A stretch of 64,000 nucleotides of DNA. It comes from an uncultured euryarchaeote (GTDB taxonomy: Archaea; Thermoplasmatota; Poseidoniia; Poseidoniales; Poseidoniaceae). The position numbers and the translations under genes are program-made. How positions within the stretch are numbered: position 1 is the first letter of the stretch; each line of letters starts with the position of its first letter. This document shows positions 47,410-58,043 of this stretch, piece after piece. The stretch lies in the NCBI GenBank assembly GCA_937899865.1, contig CALBRH010000013.1:1-64000 (forward strand), written 5' to 3'. A model generated the notes under the pieces. The model made no database searches and was not told where the DNA came from. It saw nothing but the letters and a program-made list of their open reading frames with translations.

Positions 47410-48114
47410 ATGGCATTAGAGAAATTGAGAAATTTGTGGGAGCGAATATTAACCCCAATCGTAGAATCACTATCTTGGATGAGCCCTGCAACAATCACTT
47501 GGCTAGCCTTGCCAATAGGGGTTCTTGGAGGACTTTCAGTATTTTTGGCTTCTGAGGATCAGTTAGGCGCCTCAATGCTATTGGGAGGAGGTGTGCTGAT
47601 TACCATGGCGATGATTTTTGATGGTCTAGATGGCCCTGTTGCGAGGGCAACTGGTAGAGTTACAAGATGGGGCGATTATTTAGATCACACATTCGATAGG
47701 CTACTTGATGCAGTATGGATAATTTGTATTTCAGCATCGGTATTTGTTAACGACATAGTTTTGGGACTTACTGCAGCGTGGTTTACATTGCTTGGCTCAT
47801 ACATGGGGACACAGGCTCAAGCAGTCGCTGGAACTAGAAATTATCGTGGTTTTTCTCGCGCAGATAGAACCATACTTAGTATTGTAGCGATTTTCCTAAT
47901 GGGCATATTGGTCTATATTGATAATTACTCATGGGGTAATTTCCCAGGATTTTTTGATCACATCGAAATAAATCCTCTGAGCATTGTTGTATTCATTTCT
48001 GCTTTGGGCGGAATCTGGACATTTTTAATTAGATTTATCCAAGCGAGCCAACAAATCAAAAAAATTGATGAAGAGAACCCATTGCCACAACCAAATTTGA
48101 AAGACGAAGAATGA
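47410..48114 (+). CDS. CDP-alcohol phosphatidyltransferase family protein
   Basis: DGLDGPVARATGRVTRWGDYLDHTFDR signature. Confidence 0.93.
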   Translation: MALEKLRNLWERILTPIVESLSWMSPATITWLALPIGVLGGLSVFLASEDQLGASMLLGGGVLITMAMIFDGLDGPVARATGRVTRWGDYLDHTFDRLLDAVWIICISASVFVNDIVLGLTAAWFTLLGSYMGTQAQAVAGTRNYRGFSRADRTILSIVAIFLMGILVYIDNYSWGNFPGFFDHIEINPLSIVVFISALGGIWTFLIRFIQASQQIKKIDEENPLPQPNLKDEE

Positions 48115-48201
48115 TTTTGACAAATTGGAAAATCAGTCTAAATTGACTTAATTTCCTTAATTAATAGCGGTATACTCATAACGGTTGCATGCTAGAAAGG
48201 T

Positions 48202-51200
48202 ATGATGACGGGCAGTTCCAAGGCTTATGATGGGAGAGCCATTGCTACGCTGTTGATTTTATTGATGACATTTTCAATGTTACCAATTAGTAATGTTAGT
48301 GCAGAAGATACTGGTGATTTGTTTCACTTACAAGCACAAGATATTCAAGCATCTTTTGACAATAGTACTGAACTGACAACTATCACTTGGCGCAATATCG
48401 ATTCTCTTGATGAACCAACTGCTTTAGATGATTTTTACAACGCAAGATATGAACTTTACAGACACACTGAAAGGATCGATCAAAACAATCTTCAAAATGC
48501 AAGTTTAGTTCACACAGTTGATGCTTGTGACATTCAAGTTTACAACGTCAAGTATTTGTGTTTAGGTGGTGTAAACGGATCACACCCTGGTCATAGCTTT
48601 TCATACTTAGTAGATCCTGGAACCAATGACTCATTCTACTATGGCATTATTACTACAATTGCTGCACAAGATGGGTCTTTAACAACTTATGATTCTTTAA
48701 TCTCTAATGAGTCTTCCATTTATCACCCAGTTAATGAGACAACTACACCAGTTCGAACACCTTACAATTTGATGGCTTCTTTCGATCCTACAAATAGCGT
48801 AACATCATTGTCATGGATTAATTATAATGACATATTCTATGTGTTACCCGAGTATGGCCCTGATGCTTATCAAACAAGACTTTGGATGAGTTCCCAGCCT
48901 ATTACTAGAAATTCTGCGGCGTCATTATTTGGTGCTATGTCTCCAATAGCTCAGTTAGCCTCCGGTATATCGTCTTATGACATTCAGGTTCCTGTAGATA
49001 CAGACAGAGAAGTATACTATGCAGTTACATATCTCCTTCCAAATTATTTTGGTCCAAATCAAGATTATGAAGATATTAGATTATTATCTAATAATGCTCT
49101 AGATGCACCTTTAGCAGAAGATAATATGCCTGCGAACCCAGTAACGTCAACCAATTCTTTCTTCTCTTCCAATTCTCAAACAGGAAGTGGAACCACTACC
49201 ATAACATGGGTCGATGTTGCAAATGAAGATGGAGAATCCTATGCTATTTTTTCATCAGGTCAATCATTCGATAATACAACACAATTTGGTGCAAATCAAA
49301 TTGCTCTTGTTGAGGAAGGAGTGTCGCAATATGAACATCAAGTACCAGTTGGCAGGTTGGGAACATCCCATTATTGTGTAGTAGTAATTGATTCGAACGG
49401 TATTTTTGATGAAGATATAGAGCCATATTCATGCAGTTCGGTTTATGAAGATGCTTTTTACAATTGGACTGCTGAGCCAACCAACGTAATTGCAACCTTC
49501 GTTGGTAATTCTGAAACAGTCATAACTTGGCAAGATCAACTTGGGGCAGAAGGAGAAAAGTACCATATTTGGCGTTCAAATTATCTGGTTACTGGCAGCC
49601 AGTTTGTTGAAAATGTAACGATGGAATATCAAGGTACGGTGACTGATGGAATCCAACAATTTACTGTACAAATTCCTCCCGAAGTCGACCGAACCTCATT
49701 TTACTTCGTAACCAGTGAGGCGCTTTATCAACACGCTGAAGGACCTTACCACTATACTGATTTAGTGCAAAACTGGTTTGGGCCGGTTTATGAAGAAACA
49801 GTTACTCCAGCGGCTCCAAGAATTAACTCAATCGATGTAGATGGAGAGATTTCAATCGTTGAAATTGAGTGGTTGAATGACCAGCAATTAGATGGCGAGA
49901 CTTACTCAATCTGGCAACACGAGGGAGCGCCATTTGGCGAAGATGGAGATGAAGTTTCGGTTGTTTCTGAAGAAAATGGTTGGGTTTTGTTTGATAGTGA
50001 TATTCTTGATACTGGCTCAATATTTACCGAATTCACTTTCAGAAAAATATATCAAATTCCAAATGATGTTGAGAGAAATATTTGGTATGCAATCACTGTT
50101 GAGGATGCTTATGGAAATACGAATCTCGAAGCATTCCCAGGTTCCGGAGGCAATTCCTTGATGGTAAAAGAGGACACAACTCCTCCAACAGCCACTTATC
50201 TACTCTTTGATGAAGATGATGATTTATATTTGAACCCGTCTTTAGTATCAGGCAGTTATACGATTAGACTGTTAATCAACGAATATCTATACAGCAGTCC
50301 AACCGTCGATATAACAACATCCTCTGGAGGAAAAATTACTAACGAACCTCGTCAAATGTTAATGTATGCAGATAACCTTCTTGATCCGACTACAGGGCCT
50401 GAATATTACTATACTTTTGACATAACAAATTCAGTATCTGCAGGATTAATTACTATCGATGTTGAAATGGTTGATGAAAGTTTTAACCAACAACAATTGA
50501 GCTGGACCGAGAGAAGTCTAGACGCACAGAGTCCACTATTGTCAATATATTCTCCTTCATCTTCATCTGATGGTTCAAAGTATTTAGCGAAAGAAACCAT
50601 GTCTATAAGTGCAGGGGCGACTGATGATGTTCAAATTGAACTAATGCAGTACAAGTTTACTTACAACTACGGCACAGGCTTTTCAGAGGTAACCTCTTGG
50701 CAGACTCCAGATAATTTGCAAGACGTAAATCAGGACGGTAGTGCATTTATATTTAGTCAGGACATTAGTGCTGGGAATTTTGACAATGGGCGACATTTGC
50801 TAACAGTTAGAGCTGTCGATTCGGCTGGTAATGAGGTAATAGATCAAGTAATTTTCACAGTGGACTACTGTTTCAATAATATTGATGGCACTACAAATTG
50901 TCAGTATGTGCAATCACTCGAGCCTCCACCAGAACCAATTATTGTTGAACCATCTTATTCCGACCCACCTTATGCATTTGTTTGGATTTCTTCAGGTATT
51001 GCCTTTATCTCGATAATTTTGATGTTGTTTGTAATCCGTGCTGGAATGAAGGGTCCAAAGAAGAAGTCGGATGATGACTATGATGATGACGATTGGATGT
51101 CTGAATTTATTGGAACAACTCAAAATGTAGACATGGACGCCCTTACTAACACAGCTGAACCAGCGTCAACTGAACAATCTAAGGAAGTTCCAGATATCGA

Positions 51201-51450
51201 AGAAGAAGACGATGATCCATTCTCGGTTAATGTTGTTCAGCGCAAGGCTAGACGTACAAAATCTAAGTCAAAGCCAGAACCTGAAGAAGAGAAAGAAGAA
51301 GCATTCTTTGGTTTAGATGATGAAGACTTTGAGGACGAAGAGGAAGAGGTTGAAGAGAAACCAAAGCCACGACGCAAAGTCGGCAGGCGCCCCGCTCCTA
51401 AAAATGCGCCTAGGCGCAGGCCTACACGACGTAAGAAATCCGAAGATTGA
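48202..51450 (+). CDS. Large secreted, C-terminally anchored protein with ~5 Fn3-like repeats and Ig-like domains
   Basis: Signal peptide ending VSAE; repeated TxITWxD...ExYxIW units; LTVRAVDSAGN; TM helix; acidic then basic cytoplasmic tail. Confidence 0.85.
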   Translation: MMTGSSKAYDGRAIATLLILLMTFSMLPISNVSAEDTGDLFHLQAQDIQASFDNSTELTTITWRNIDSLDEPTALDDFYNARYELYRHTERIDQNNLQNASLVHTVDACDIQVYNVKYLCLGGVNGSHPGHSFSYLVDPGTNDSFYYGIITTIAAQDGSLTTYDSLISNESSIYHPVNETTTPVRTPYNLMASFDPTNSVTSLSWINYNDIFYVLPEYGPDAYQTRLWMSSQPITRNSAASLFGAMSPIAQLASGISSYDIQVPVDTDREVYYAVTYLLPNYFGPNQDYEDIRLLSNNALDAPLAEDNMPANPVTSTNSFFSSNSQTGSGTTTITWVDVANEDGESYAIFSSGQSFDNTTQFGANQIALVEEGVSQYEHQVPVGRLGTSHYCVVVIDSNGIFDEDIEPYSCSSVYEDAFYNWTAEPTNVIATFVGNSETVITWQDQLGAEGEKYHIWRSNYLVTGSQFVENVTMEYQGTVTDGIQQFTVQIPPEVDRTSFYFVTSEALYQHAEGPYHYTDLVQNWFGPVYEETVTPAAPRINSIDVDGEISIVEIEWLNDQQLDGETYSIWQHEGAPFGEDGDEVSVVSEENGWVLFDSDILDTGSIFTEFTFRKIYQIPNDVERNIWYAITVEDAYGNTNLEAFPGSGGNSLMVKEDTTPPTATYLLFDEDDDLYLNPSLVSGSYTIRLLINEYLYSSPTVDITTSSGGKITNEPRQMLMYADNLLDPTTGPEYYYTFDITNSVSAGLITIDVEMVDESFNQQQLSWTERSLDAQSPLLSIYSPSSSSDGSKYLAKETMSISAGATDDVQIELMQYKFTYNYGTGFSEVTSWQTPDNLQDVNQDGSAFIFSQDISAGNFDNGRHLLTVRAVDSAGNEVIDQVIFTVDYCFNNIDGTTNCQYVQSLEPPPEPIIVEPSYSDPPYAFVWISSGIAFISIILMLFVIRAGMKGPKKKSDDDYDDDDWMSEFIGTTQNVDMDALTNTAEPASTEQSKEVPDIEEEDDDPFSVNVVQRKARRTKSKSKPEPEEEKEEAFFGLDDEDFEDEEEEVEEKPKPRRKVGRRPAPKNAPRRRPTRRKKSED

Positions 51451-51499
51451 GTGAGAAAGGAATAGATATCTCAATTAGTGTATTTTCTGTCACATATTC

Positions 51500-52660
51500 A
51501 TGGCAGACACTGTGGATAATGATAATGCTGAAAATTTAGCTAATGAAGTTGAACACGCAATGGAGTCTGTAATAGGGGCTTTCAATCCAATAAAGAACAA
51601 ATTGAATTGGTTGTTAATCGCTTTACCACTAGCGGTATTTTTCAATTTCCAAGGCAATCTTACCATGGCTTTTCTATTTTCGATGATCGCTATAATGCCA
51701 TTAGCATTTTTGATGGGCAAAGGTACCGAGGAAATCGCACTACGAACTGGGGAGGCAATCGGCGGTTTTCTAAATGCTACCTTTGGCAATGCTGCAGAAT
51801 TGATAATAGTTGGTTTAGCCATTTATGCAGCATCTAACGACCCTGAAATTGTTGATACCATGGTTACGGTAACTCAAGCATCACTTATTGGGTCAATACT
51901 TGGTAACATGCTCTTAGTATTGGGTTTAGCAATGCTTTGGGGCGGTCTAAAACACAAAGAGCAAAGCTTCAACAGTGATGCCATTCAAATGAATGGGACA
52001 TTATTGTTGTTAGCAATTGTTGCCTTTATTATTCCAAGTGCCATTCATCACTCAGGGGGTACAATTTCAGATGTTGAAAACATATCACATTATGCAGCAA
52101 TTGTTTTGCTGGTTATCTATGGATTGGCATTATTATTTCAACTAAAAACCCATGCACATGTATTTGCAACAGAGCCAGGGCATGGCCATCATGAAGAACC
52201 ATTAATGACCAATAAGGATGCGTGGATTTTACTTATTTTAGCGACAATTCTTGTTGCTTGGATGGCTCATATATTGGTTCATAGTTTGGAAGCCGCAGTT
52301 GTTGAATGGGGAATGCCTGAACTATTCATTGGGGTAATACTGCTACCATTCTTTGGTAATGCTGCTGAGCATTTTACTGCAGTTATTGTTGCAGGTAAAG
52401 ACAAGATGGATTTGTCAATTGCTATTGCTGTTGGCAGTAGTGTACAAATCGCCCTCTTTGCGGCTCCTGCAATGATATTGTTTGCCTGGGCTTTAGGCGT
52501 CCCACTAACTCTTGAATTTGGCATGTTAGAAACCGCAGCGACCTTCGTATCAGTATTAGTTGTTAATTCAATTTTAGCTGATGGTAAATCGAACTGGTTA
52601 GAAGGGGCCATGTTACTTGGCAGCTATGTAATTCTAGCACTCGCATTTCTACAACTATAG
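51500..52660 (+). CDS. Calcium/proton exchanger (CAX/ChaA family)
   Basis: Alpha-repeat motifs LNATFGNAAELI and PFFGNAAEHFTA; GSSVQIALF; NWLEG. Confidence 0.93.
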   Translation: MADTVDNDNAENLANEVEHAMESVIGAFNPIKNKLNWLLIALPLAVFFNFQGNLTMAFLFSMIAIMPLAFLMGKGTEEIALRTGEAIGGFLNATFGNAAELIIVGLAIYAASNDPEIVDTMVTVTQASLIGSILGNMLLVLGLAMLWGGLKHKEQSFNSDAIQMNGTLLLLAIVAFIIPSAIHHSGGTISDVENISHYAAIVLLVIYGLALLFQLKTHAHVFATEPGHGHHEEPLMTNKDAWILLILATILVAWMAHILVHSLEAAVVEWGMPELFIGVILLPFFGNAAEHFTAVIVAGKDKMDLSIAIAVGSSVQIALFAAPAMILFAWALGVPLTLEFGMLETAATFVSVLVVNSILADGKSNWLEGAMLLGSYVILALAFLQL

Positions 52661-52670
52661 GTGATAATTC

Positions 52671-53204
52671 TTGCAAATAAACAACAAATTCGGCATCGGT
52701 TTAATGGTCGTATCAGTTTTGCTGTCAATAATTGGTACTATTGGAATTACCATCGATGATTCAGTAGATTCTGTTCCAACACCTAATGTACCTAATTCAG
52801 TATTTTTTGCTGACGAACCTGTACAATCAAATCCCCTGGCAACATTTATCTCTGCTAATGCTGATATTACTTGGGATAGAAGCGATGTATTCTTGGTTGT
52901 AGGGGATGCAGACAAAAAAGAGCAGTGTGACGGATTAACATTTCTTGAAATGATGAACCAAAATAGTGACATTTGTACTTCAAGAGATAATGAGTTTGAT
53001 GCTATGGGAGATGATAATTCGTCAGGTTTCTCATGGTCGGTAAAATCAGGCGAGTATTATGTTGGCATAGGAACTTTTTCTGAAACACCTGATGACTTTG
53101 AATTGAATGTTGATTATGAAGTTAAAATGACATTTTCAGCAGCAGGATATTTTGTGATGATTTTGATGTTAGGTAGCGGTTTTGTTTTGAACAAATACCA
53201 ATAA
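52671..53204 (+). CDS. Hypothetical membrane-anchored protein
   Basis: N- and C-terminal TM helices around a beta-rich domain. Confidence 0.7.
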   Translation: MQINNKFGIGLMVVSVLLSIIGTIGITIDDSVDSVPTPNVPNSVFFADEPVQSNPLATFISANADITWDRSDVFLVVGDADKKEQCDGLTFLEMMNQNSDICTSRDNEFDAMGDDNSSGFSWSVKSGEYYVGIGTFSETPDDFELNVDYEVKMTFSAAGYFVMILMLGSGFVLNKYQ

Positions 53205-54464
53205 TTATTCAATGCCTTCATAATAAGATTCTACCGAAGCATCAAGTTCTTGCATTGCTAATTTTTCATCTATTGTTTGTGTAATTCCATCCATTCTAAC
53301 CGCGACACCGTCGACCCACATATCCAAGCATCGCGCTCCATTGAATACTAAATTAGCAATATGTCGATTATTCGAACGACCTCGTGGAAACATTCGCAAA
53401 TCTTCAAGATCCCAAGCAACCCAATCTTTGCTATCTTTGGTAATCATTTGGAACACATCCTTTGCCGGTAGTAGAGTAGGGTCCCAATGGTCATGTCTTT
53501 GAACGAGGGCAGCAGTTCTTGCTTCTGCAAGAATATTAAGTCCGTTACCCGATGATGCAGCACCATCAGTGCCAATTCGGACATCAACGCCTTCAGCCTG
53601 AAATGCTGGTAATGACAAGGTGCCGCCGCATGCTAATTTCATGTTAGAAGATGGGCAATGAACAGTGGTTACATCATGCTTCTTGAGGATTCGAATTTCA
53701 TTTTTCTTAACCCAGCTGGCATGGGCACAAACAGTATTGGGTTTGAAGAAATCAATACAATCCAAGTATTCTACAGGATATTTACCAGTTTTTTCAAAGC
53801 AATCAGCAACTTCTTTTCTAGTTTCACTGACATGAATATGCAATCTTCCACTTCTTTTCTCAGCCAATTCTGATGCTCTAATTAGAGTCTCTTCACTGCA
53901 TGTGTAAACAGAATGGGTAGCAATTGCATATTGGATTCTATCGGTTGAGGATTGTTTGCTTAGCAAAGTGTCTAATTCATCTAGGGCCGATTTAGCATCA
54001 AGGTGTGAAGGCAGTGCAAAATCACTTACAGGGCCGCCGACCAATCCTCTAATGCCAGCATTATCCAATACATGTCCAGTTACAGCTGGATAGAAGTACA
54101 TATCAGCAGCAAAACTGGAGCCAGTAGCAATTAGTTCACAAGCCGCAGCAGTTGCACCAACTCGAACAAACTCTGGATTTAGTTTTGCTTCGGTTGGGAA
54201 TATAGCTTCATTTAACCAACGGTCAAGTACAAACCCATCACTAAAGTCTCTAGCATTTAGTTGCATAGCTAGATGAGTGTGCCAATTTTGTAGAGAACGG
54301 GTAAGCAACTTGTTTGAACCATCGATAACTTGTCGTACATCTTCATCCCCATTAGATTTTGACCAGGAGCCATCATCATGGAGCAAAAAATCTCCAAGAT
54401 GTTTTTCTCCTTTGTCATCATACAGCACAGAATTGGTATATCGTGCTGCATATTCTGAGGTCAT
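53205..54464 (-). CDS. Amidohydrolase (MTA/SAH deaminase-like)
   Basis: NWHTH, IATHSVYTC, HIHVSET, CAHASW, HCPSSNMKLA, GTDGAAS. Confidence 0.88.
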   Translation of the reverse strand: MTSEYAARYTNSVLYDDKGEKHLGDFLLHDDGSWSKSNGDEDVRQVIDGSNKLLTRSLQNWHTHLAMQLNARDFSDGFVLDRWLNEAIFPTEAKLNPEFVRVGATAAACELIATGSSFAADMYFYPAVTGHVLDNAGIRGLVGGPVSDFALPSHLDAKSALDELDTLLSKQSSTDRIQYAIATHSVYTCSEETLIRASELAEKRSGRLHIHVSETRKEVADCFEKTGKYPVEYLDCIDFFKPNTVCAHASWVKKNEIRILKKHDVTTVHCPSSNMKLACGGTLSLPAFQAEGVDVRIGTDGAASSGNGLNILAEARTAALVQRHDHWDPTLLPAKDVFQMITKDSKDWVAWDLEDLRMFPRGRSNNRHIANLVFNGARCLDMWVDGVAVRMDGITQTIDEKLAMQELDASVESYYEGIE

Positions 54465-54503
54465 AGTTAACCATTCCTTGGTAATGGGTGATGGCTTGAT
54501 TAT

Positions 54504-55766
54504 TTAATTGTCAGTAATTGTTTGAGAGATTTTTAACTTAAATTTCTCAGCGCTATACTCGAGGCTGGCAATTCCAGGCAATAGACGTCCTGCAAGATAA
54601 TTCAAACATGCTCCTCCTCCAGTTGATAGGTGCCCCATTTTATCACTTAAGCCGCGATTCATTATCAGAGTAGAAGTGTGACCTCCGCCGACAACAACGT
54701 AACCGCTGGATTCTGCACAAGCATTCAGCATCTCAATAGTACCAAGGGCAAAGTCAGTCAGTTCGAAAACACCGGCAGGACCATTCAAAATAATTGTACC
54801 AGACTGCTTAATTGCAGCTGATAGCGCCATAGTTGAATTGATTCCAATATCAAAAATTGGCGCATCGATAGGAAGTTCTTCGATTGATAGATCTACACGA
54901 TTATCTTCTACATTAGCTGCCAAATCTGTTGGCAAAACGATTTTGTCATTAAAATCATTGAGCATCGCCTTAGCGGTTTCGACAGTCTTGTGGTATGATT
55001 CTCCAAGTTCATTGACTAGGAAATCGTGATTAGTTTGTCCAATATTGGTGCCTGAAAATTCAATTAGTAAATTCGCAACTCCGCCAGTTGCCCAAATTTG
55101 GTCTGCAATTCCTTTTCTCAGCATATTATCAGCAATTGATATCGAATCCTCTACTTTGATGCCGCCAACAACGGCTATACATGGCCTTCGTGGATTTTCC
55201 AAAGCAACATCTAATGCATCTATTTCTCGCATCATCAACTCGCCGGCAACACATGGAATTGTATGTGTAAAACCAACAATCGATGGAGTGTTACGATGAG
55301 CACAAGCAAAAGCATCGTTAACAAAGATATCAACAACGCTTGATAGCCTTTGGATAATTTTGGTTTCAGCCATAGTATCAAAATTCCCTTTCACTGAAAC
55401 CTCTTCCGGATCCATTCTTACATTATTGAGCATTAGAATTTCACCATCTTTCAAGTTCTCAATAGCATTCATAGCTTTGTCGCCATGTATATCTTCGACC
55501 CATTTGACATTACGGCCCAATACTCTACCAAGTTCTCTAGAATGACCAAGAGTATTGGTAAAATCCTTTTTTCCCGGTCTTGATTGATGTGTCAAGATGA
55601 CAACCTTTGACTTGGTTAGTAGATTGAGAGTTGGGATAATTGCTCTTATTCTAGTATCATCCAAAAACTCTTGACTCTTAGGCTGAAGAGGGCTATTGAT
55701 ATCGACTCGAACCAGCACAGTCTTGCTTTCGACATTGAAGTCGCGCAAGTTTAGCACCCTTGCCAT
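54504..55766 (-). CDS. pgk: Phosphoglycerate kinase (archaeal type)
   Basis: VLVRVDINSP, THQSRPG, LNNVR, VNDAFACAHR, GGIKVED, NGPAGVFE, GGGHT, STGGGA. Start at 55766. Confidence 0.96.
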   Translation of the reverse strand: MARVLNLRDFNVESKTVLVRVDINSPLQPKSQEFLDDTRIRAIIPTLNLLTKSKVVILTHQSRPGKKDFTNTLGHSRELGRVLGRNVKWVEDIHGDKAMNAIENLKDGEILMLNNVRMDPEEVSVKGNFDTMAETKIIQRLSSVVDIFVNDAFACAHRNTPSIVGFTHTIPCVAGELMMREIDALDVALENPRRPCIAVVGGIKVEDSISIADNMLRKGIADQIWATGGVANLLIEFSGTNIGQTNHDFLVNELGESYHKTVETAKAMLNDFNDKIVLPTDLAANVEDNRVDLSIEELPIDAPIFDIGINSTMALSAAIKQSGTIILNGPAGVFELTDFALGTIEMLNACAESSGYVVVGGGHTSTLIMNRGLSDKMGHLSTGGGACLNYLAGRLLPGIASLEYSAEKFKLKISQTITDN

Positions 55767-55892
55767 GTCAACTCCAAAGGTTGACAGTTTTTGATATCTT
55801 TTCTCAATTGAATTTAGCATATAAAACTGTAAATGCAAACTTAGGCCGAATATTGTGGTTAGAGTTTTCAATATAGACCATTAGCCACTTAC

Positions 55893-57167
55893 ATGGCGTC
55901 TTGGTCTACTGACGATTTAGTAGGGCCTGATGGCGAGGATTGGCGTGTACCGGTAAGCGAATTAGAATCAAGAATACAAGAACTAGGCAATCGTCTAAAT
56001 GACGCAAAAATTCCTGGTGTATTAATTCAAAATCCCGTAGATTTGTATTATTATGCAGGTGGTAGACAGAATGGGGCATTGTTTGTTCCAGCATCAAATT
56101 CTCAAGCAAGTATTGAGCAGGGCGGTAAAGGGGCGACATTTTTTGTTCGACGCTCAGTTAGCAGAGCAAAGTTTGAGTCAGGCGACGACAACTCGCCCAT
56201 TTTAGTTGAAAAATTTCCTAGTTTAGGTATATTTGCTGAAACATTGACTAAAATGGGATTAGAAGGAGCTCCAGGACTCCAATTCGGAGAAATACCTGCG
56301 GATTTTTGCAAAAAATTCCAATCAGTATTGGCAACATTAGGAGATACAAGAGATTGTACTAAGATAATTCATGAACAGCGTGAAGTCAAATCCGCTTGGG
56401 AAATAGATATGATGCGTGAAGGAGCAAAGGTTCAGCAAAAGATGTTTGATGCGGTAGAACAGTCGATTTCAATTGGTGCAACTGAATTAGATATTGTTGC
56501 AGCTGCTGAAGCAGTTAGCCGCCAGAGTGGTTTTGGCGGCAATGTTCAAATGCGCCGCTTCCCCTTACAATGCGATAGGGCAGTAATCGTTTCTGGCAGA
56601 GCAGGTGGCATACCGTCATTTTTTGATTCCGCGATAGGAGGCACAGGACCTCATCCATTGGCAGGAATGGGTTCCGGATTCAATAAACTACAACCAAATC
56701 AACCAATCTTAGTTGACTTAGTTCATGTTCATCGTGGATATGTGGTTGATGCAACTAGAATGTTTAGTATCGGTGAATTACCAGAGCTCTGGGAGTCAAG
56801 GTTATCTGATATGGTCGAAGTAAGTAACAAAGTTGTAGCATCTTTAGGACGAGGTGATAACTGTTCAAAGGCATGGGAAATAGGCTCTGAATTAGTTGAA
56901 AACATGGGTCATAGTGAACACCTGATGGGCATGAGGCCGGATCAAAGCCAATTTTTGGGACATTCCGTTGGCCTTCAATTAGACGAATCACCTGTGGTTG
57001 CCAAAGGATTTGATAGACCATTGCCAATCAATGGTTTGATGGCAATCGAGCCAAAGTTAGTCTATGTTGACGGAAGCATCGGTCTCGAAGATACTTGGCT
57101 AAGGACAGGCGAAGGATTAGAAAGACTGACTCTTGAGAATAATAATCAGTGGTTGAACCATTGCTAA
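55893..57167 (+). CDS. M24 family Xaa-Pro peptidase
   Basis: VKSAWEIDMMR, LVD...GYVVDATR, GHSVGLQLDE, AIEPK, GLEDT. Confidence 0.9.
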   Translation: MASWSTDDLVGPDGEDWRVPVSELESRIQELGNRLNDAKIPGVLIQNPVDLYYYAGGRQNGALFVPASNSQASIEQGGKGATFFVRRSVSRAKFESGDDNSPILVEKFPSLGIFAETLTKMGLEGAPGLQFGEIPADFCKKFQSVLATLGDTRDCTKIIHEQREVKSAWEIDMMREGAKVQQKMFDAVEQSISIGATELDIVAAAEAVSRQSGFGGNVQMRRFPLQCDRAVIVSGRAGGIPSFFDSAIGGTGPHPLAGMGSGFNKLQPNQPILVDLVHVHRGYVVDATRMFSIGELPELWESRLSDMVEVSNKVVASLGRGDNCSKAWEIGSELVENMGHSEHLMGMRPDQSQFLGHSVGLQLDESPVVAKGFDRPLPINGLMAIEPKLVYVDGSIGLEDTWLRTGEGLERLTLENNNQWLNHC

Positions 57168-57198
57168 TAATGAAAAGCATCCAATGTAAGGAGCAGAT

Positions 57199-57987
57199 AT
57201 GCCGGCTAAGCCGTACTCACCAGGACATATTGGAGCAGTTGCTGCAAATTATACACAAATGCGTATTTCGGGTGCTGTTAAACAGCAATTGGTCGAATTA
57301 CTATGCGAGGAATTAGACCGCTTAGTGCCACAGATGGAATCAGAAACTCTAGCACAAGACCCAGAAAGAAAAACTCTTGATGATCCAAATAGAACTAGAT
57401 TGAATTATAACAGAACAAGAGAATTAATGATTGATAGAATCTCAAATATCGAATCGGTTGGCTCTGCAGCAGTTCAAGCTGGTATTGAGCATACTGAGCA
57501 ACATCTGGCTAAGATACTCAAACACGCTGAAGCAGCTGCTGATAAAGATCGAGTTGGGACCATTAAACCACGCCATCTTGAGATTGCTGTATCTGGTATG
57601 GGCTTAGATGGCGATGATGATGCAGTAGAATTAGATACGATTGAAGAAACTGAAATCTTAGTTGTAGGTCAAGGAGGTGGAGTATTGACTCGGTCATCTT
57701 TACTATCTTTGGCTCGAACTCATGCTAAGATGCCGGTTACTGATGACGCAATCGAGGAATTGGTCGATACCTATTACATGGTGGTTGAAAAGTTAGAAGG
57801 GGACATAAGAGCACATGCACAATTAGGCGGTAATCCTGTTCAATTCATTGAATCAATCAATCGAATGAAAACGTTGATGTCATTAGGATGGATGCGTTCA
57901 ATGTTAATTAAAGCCGCAACCAATGCTCGCGAAAGAGGTTACAAAAGAATAGATATTGAGCAAATAGTTCATTTAGACCCATATTGA
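57199..57987 (+). CDS. Multi-histone-fold protein (three predicted folds)
   Basis: RIS...LVELLCEE...ERKTL; SVGSAAV...HAEAAA..DRVGTIKPRHLEIA; PVTDDAIEEL...AATNARERGYKRIDIEQI. Each resembles the archaeal histone pattern RVS..A...L...A...A.HAGRKTIK.EDI. Confidence 0.65.
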   Translation: MPAKPYSPGHIGAVAANYTQMRISGAVKQQLVELLCEELDRLVPQMESETLAQDPERKTLDDPNRTRLNYNRTRELMIDRISNIESVGSAAVQAGIEHTEQHLAKILKHAEAAADKDRVGTIKPRHLEIAVSGMGLDGDDDAVELDTIEETEILVVGQGGGVLTRSSLLSLARTHAKMPVTDDAIEELVDTYYMVVEKLEGDIRAHAQLGGNPVQFIESINRMKTLMSLGWMRSMLIKAATNARERGYKRIDIEQIVHLDPY

Positions 57988-58043
57988 GTTGAGTGCATTG
58001 TTAAAATACTTCATGCATAGGCATACATCATAGAGGTTATACC

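Noticed and set aside
54504-55871. Long N-terminal extensions in the ORF track (pgk, and also ychF, radA, AK6, pduO, the DHH protein and the giant protein)
   Set aside because: Homology and SD/promoter positions point to downstream starts; the extensions are open-frame run-ins, not novel domains.
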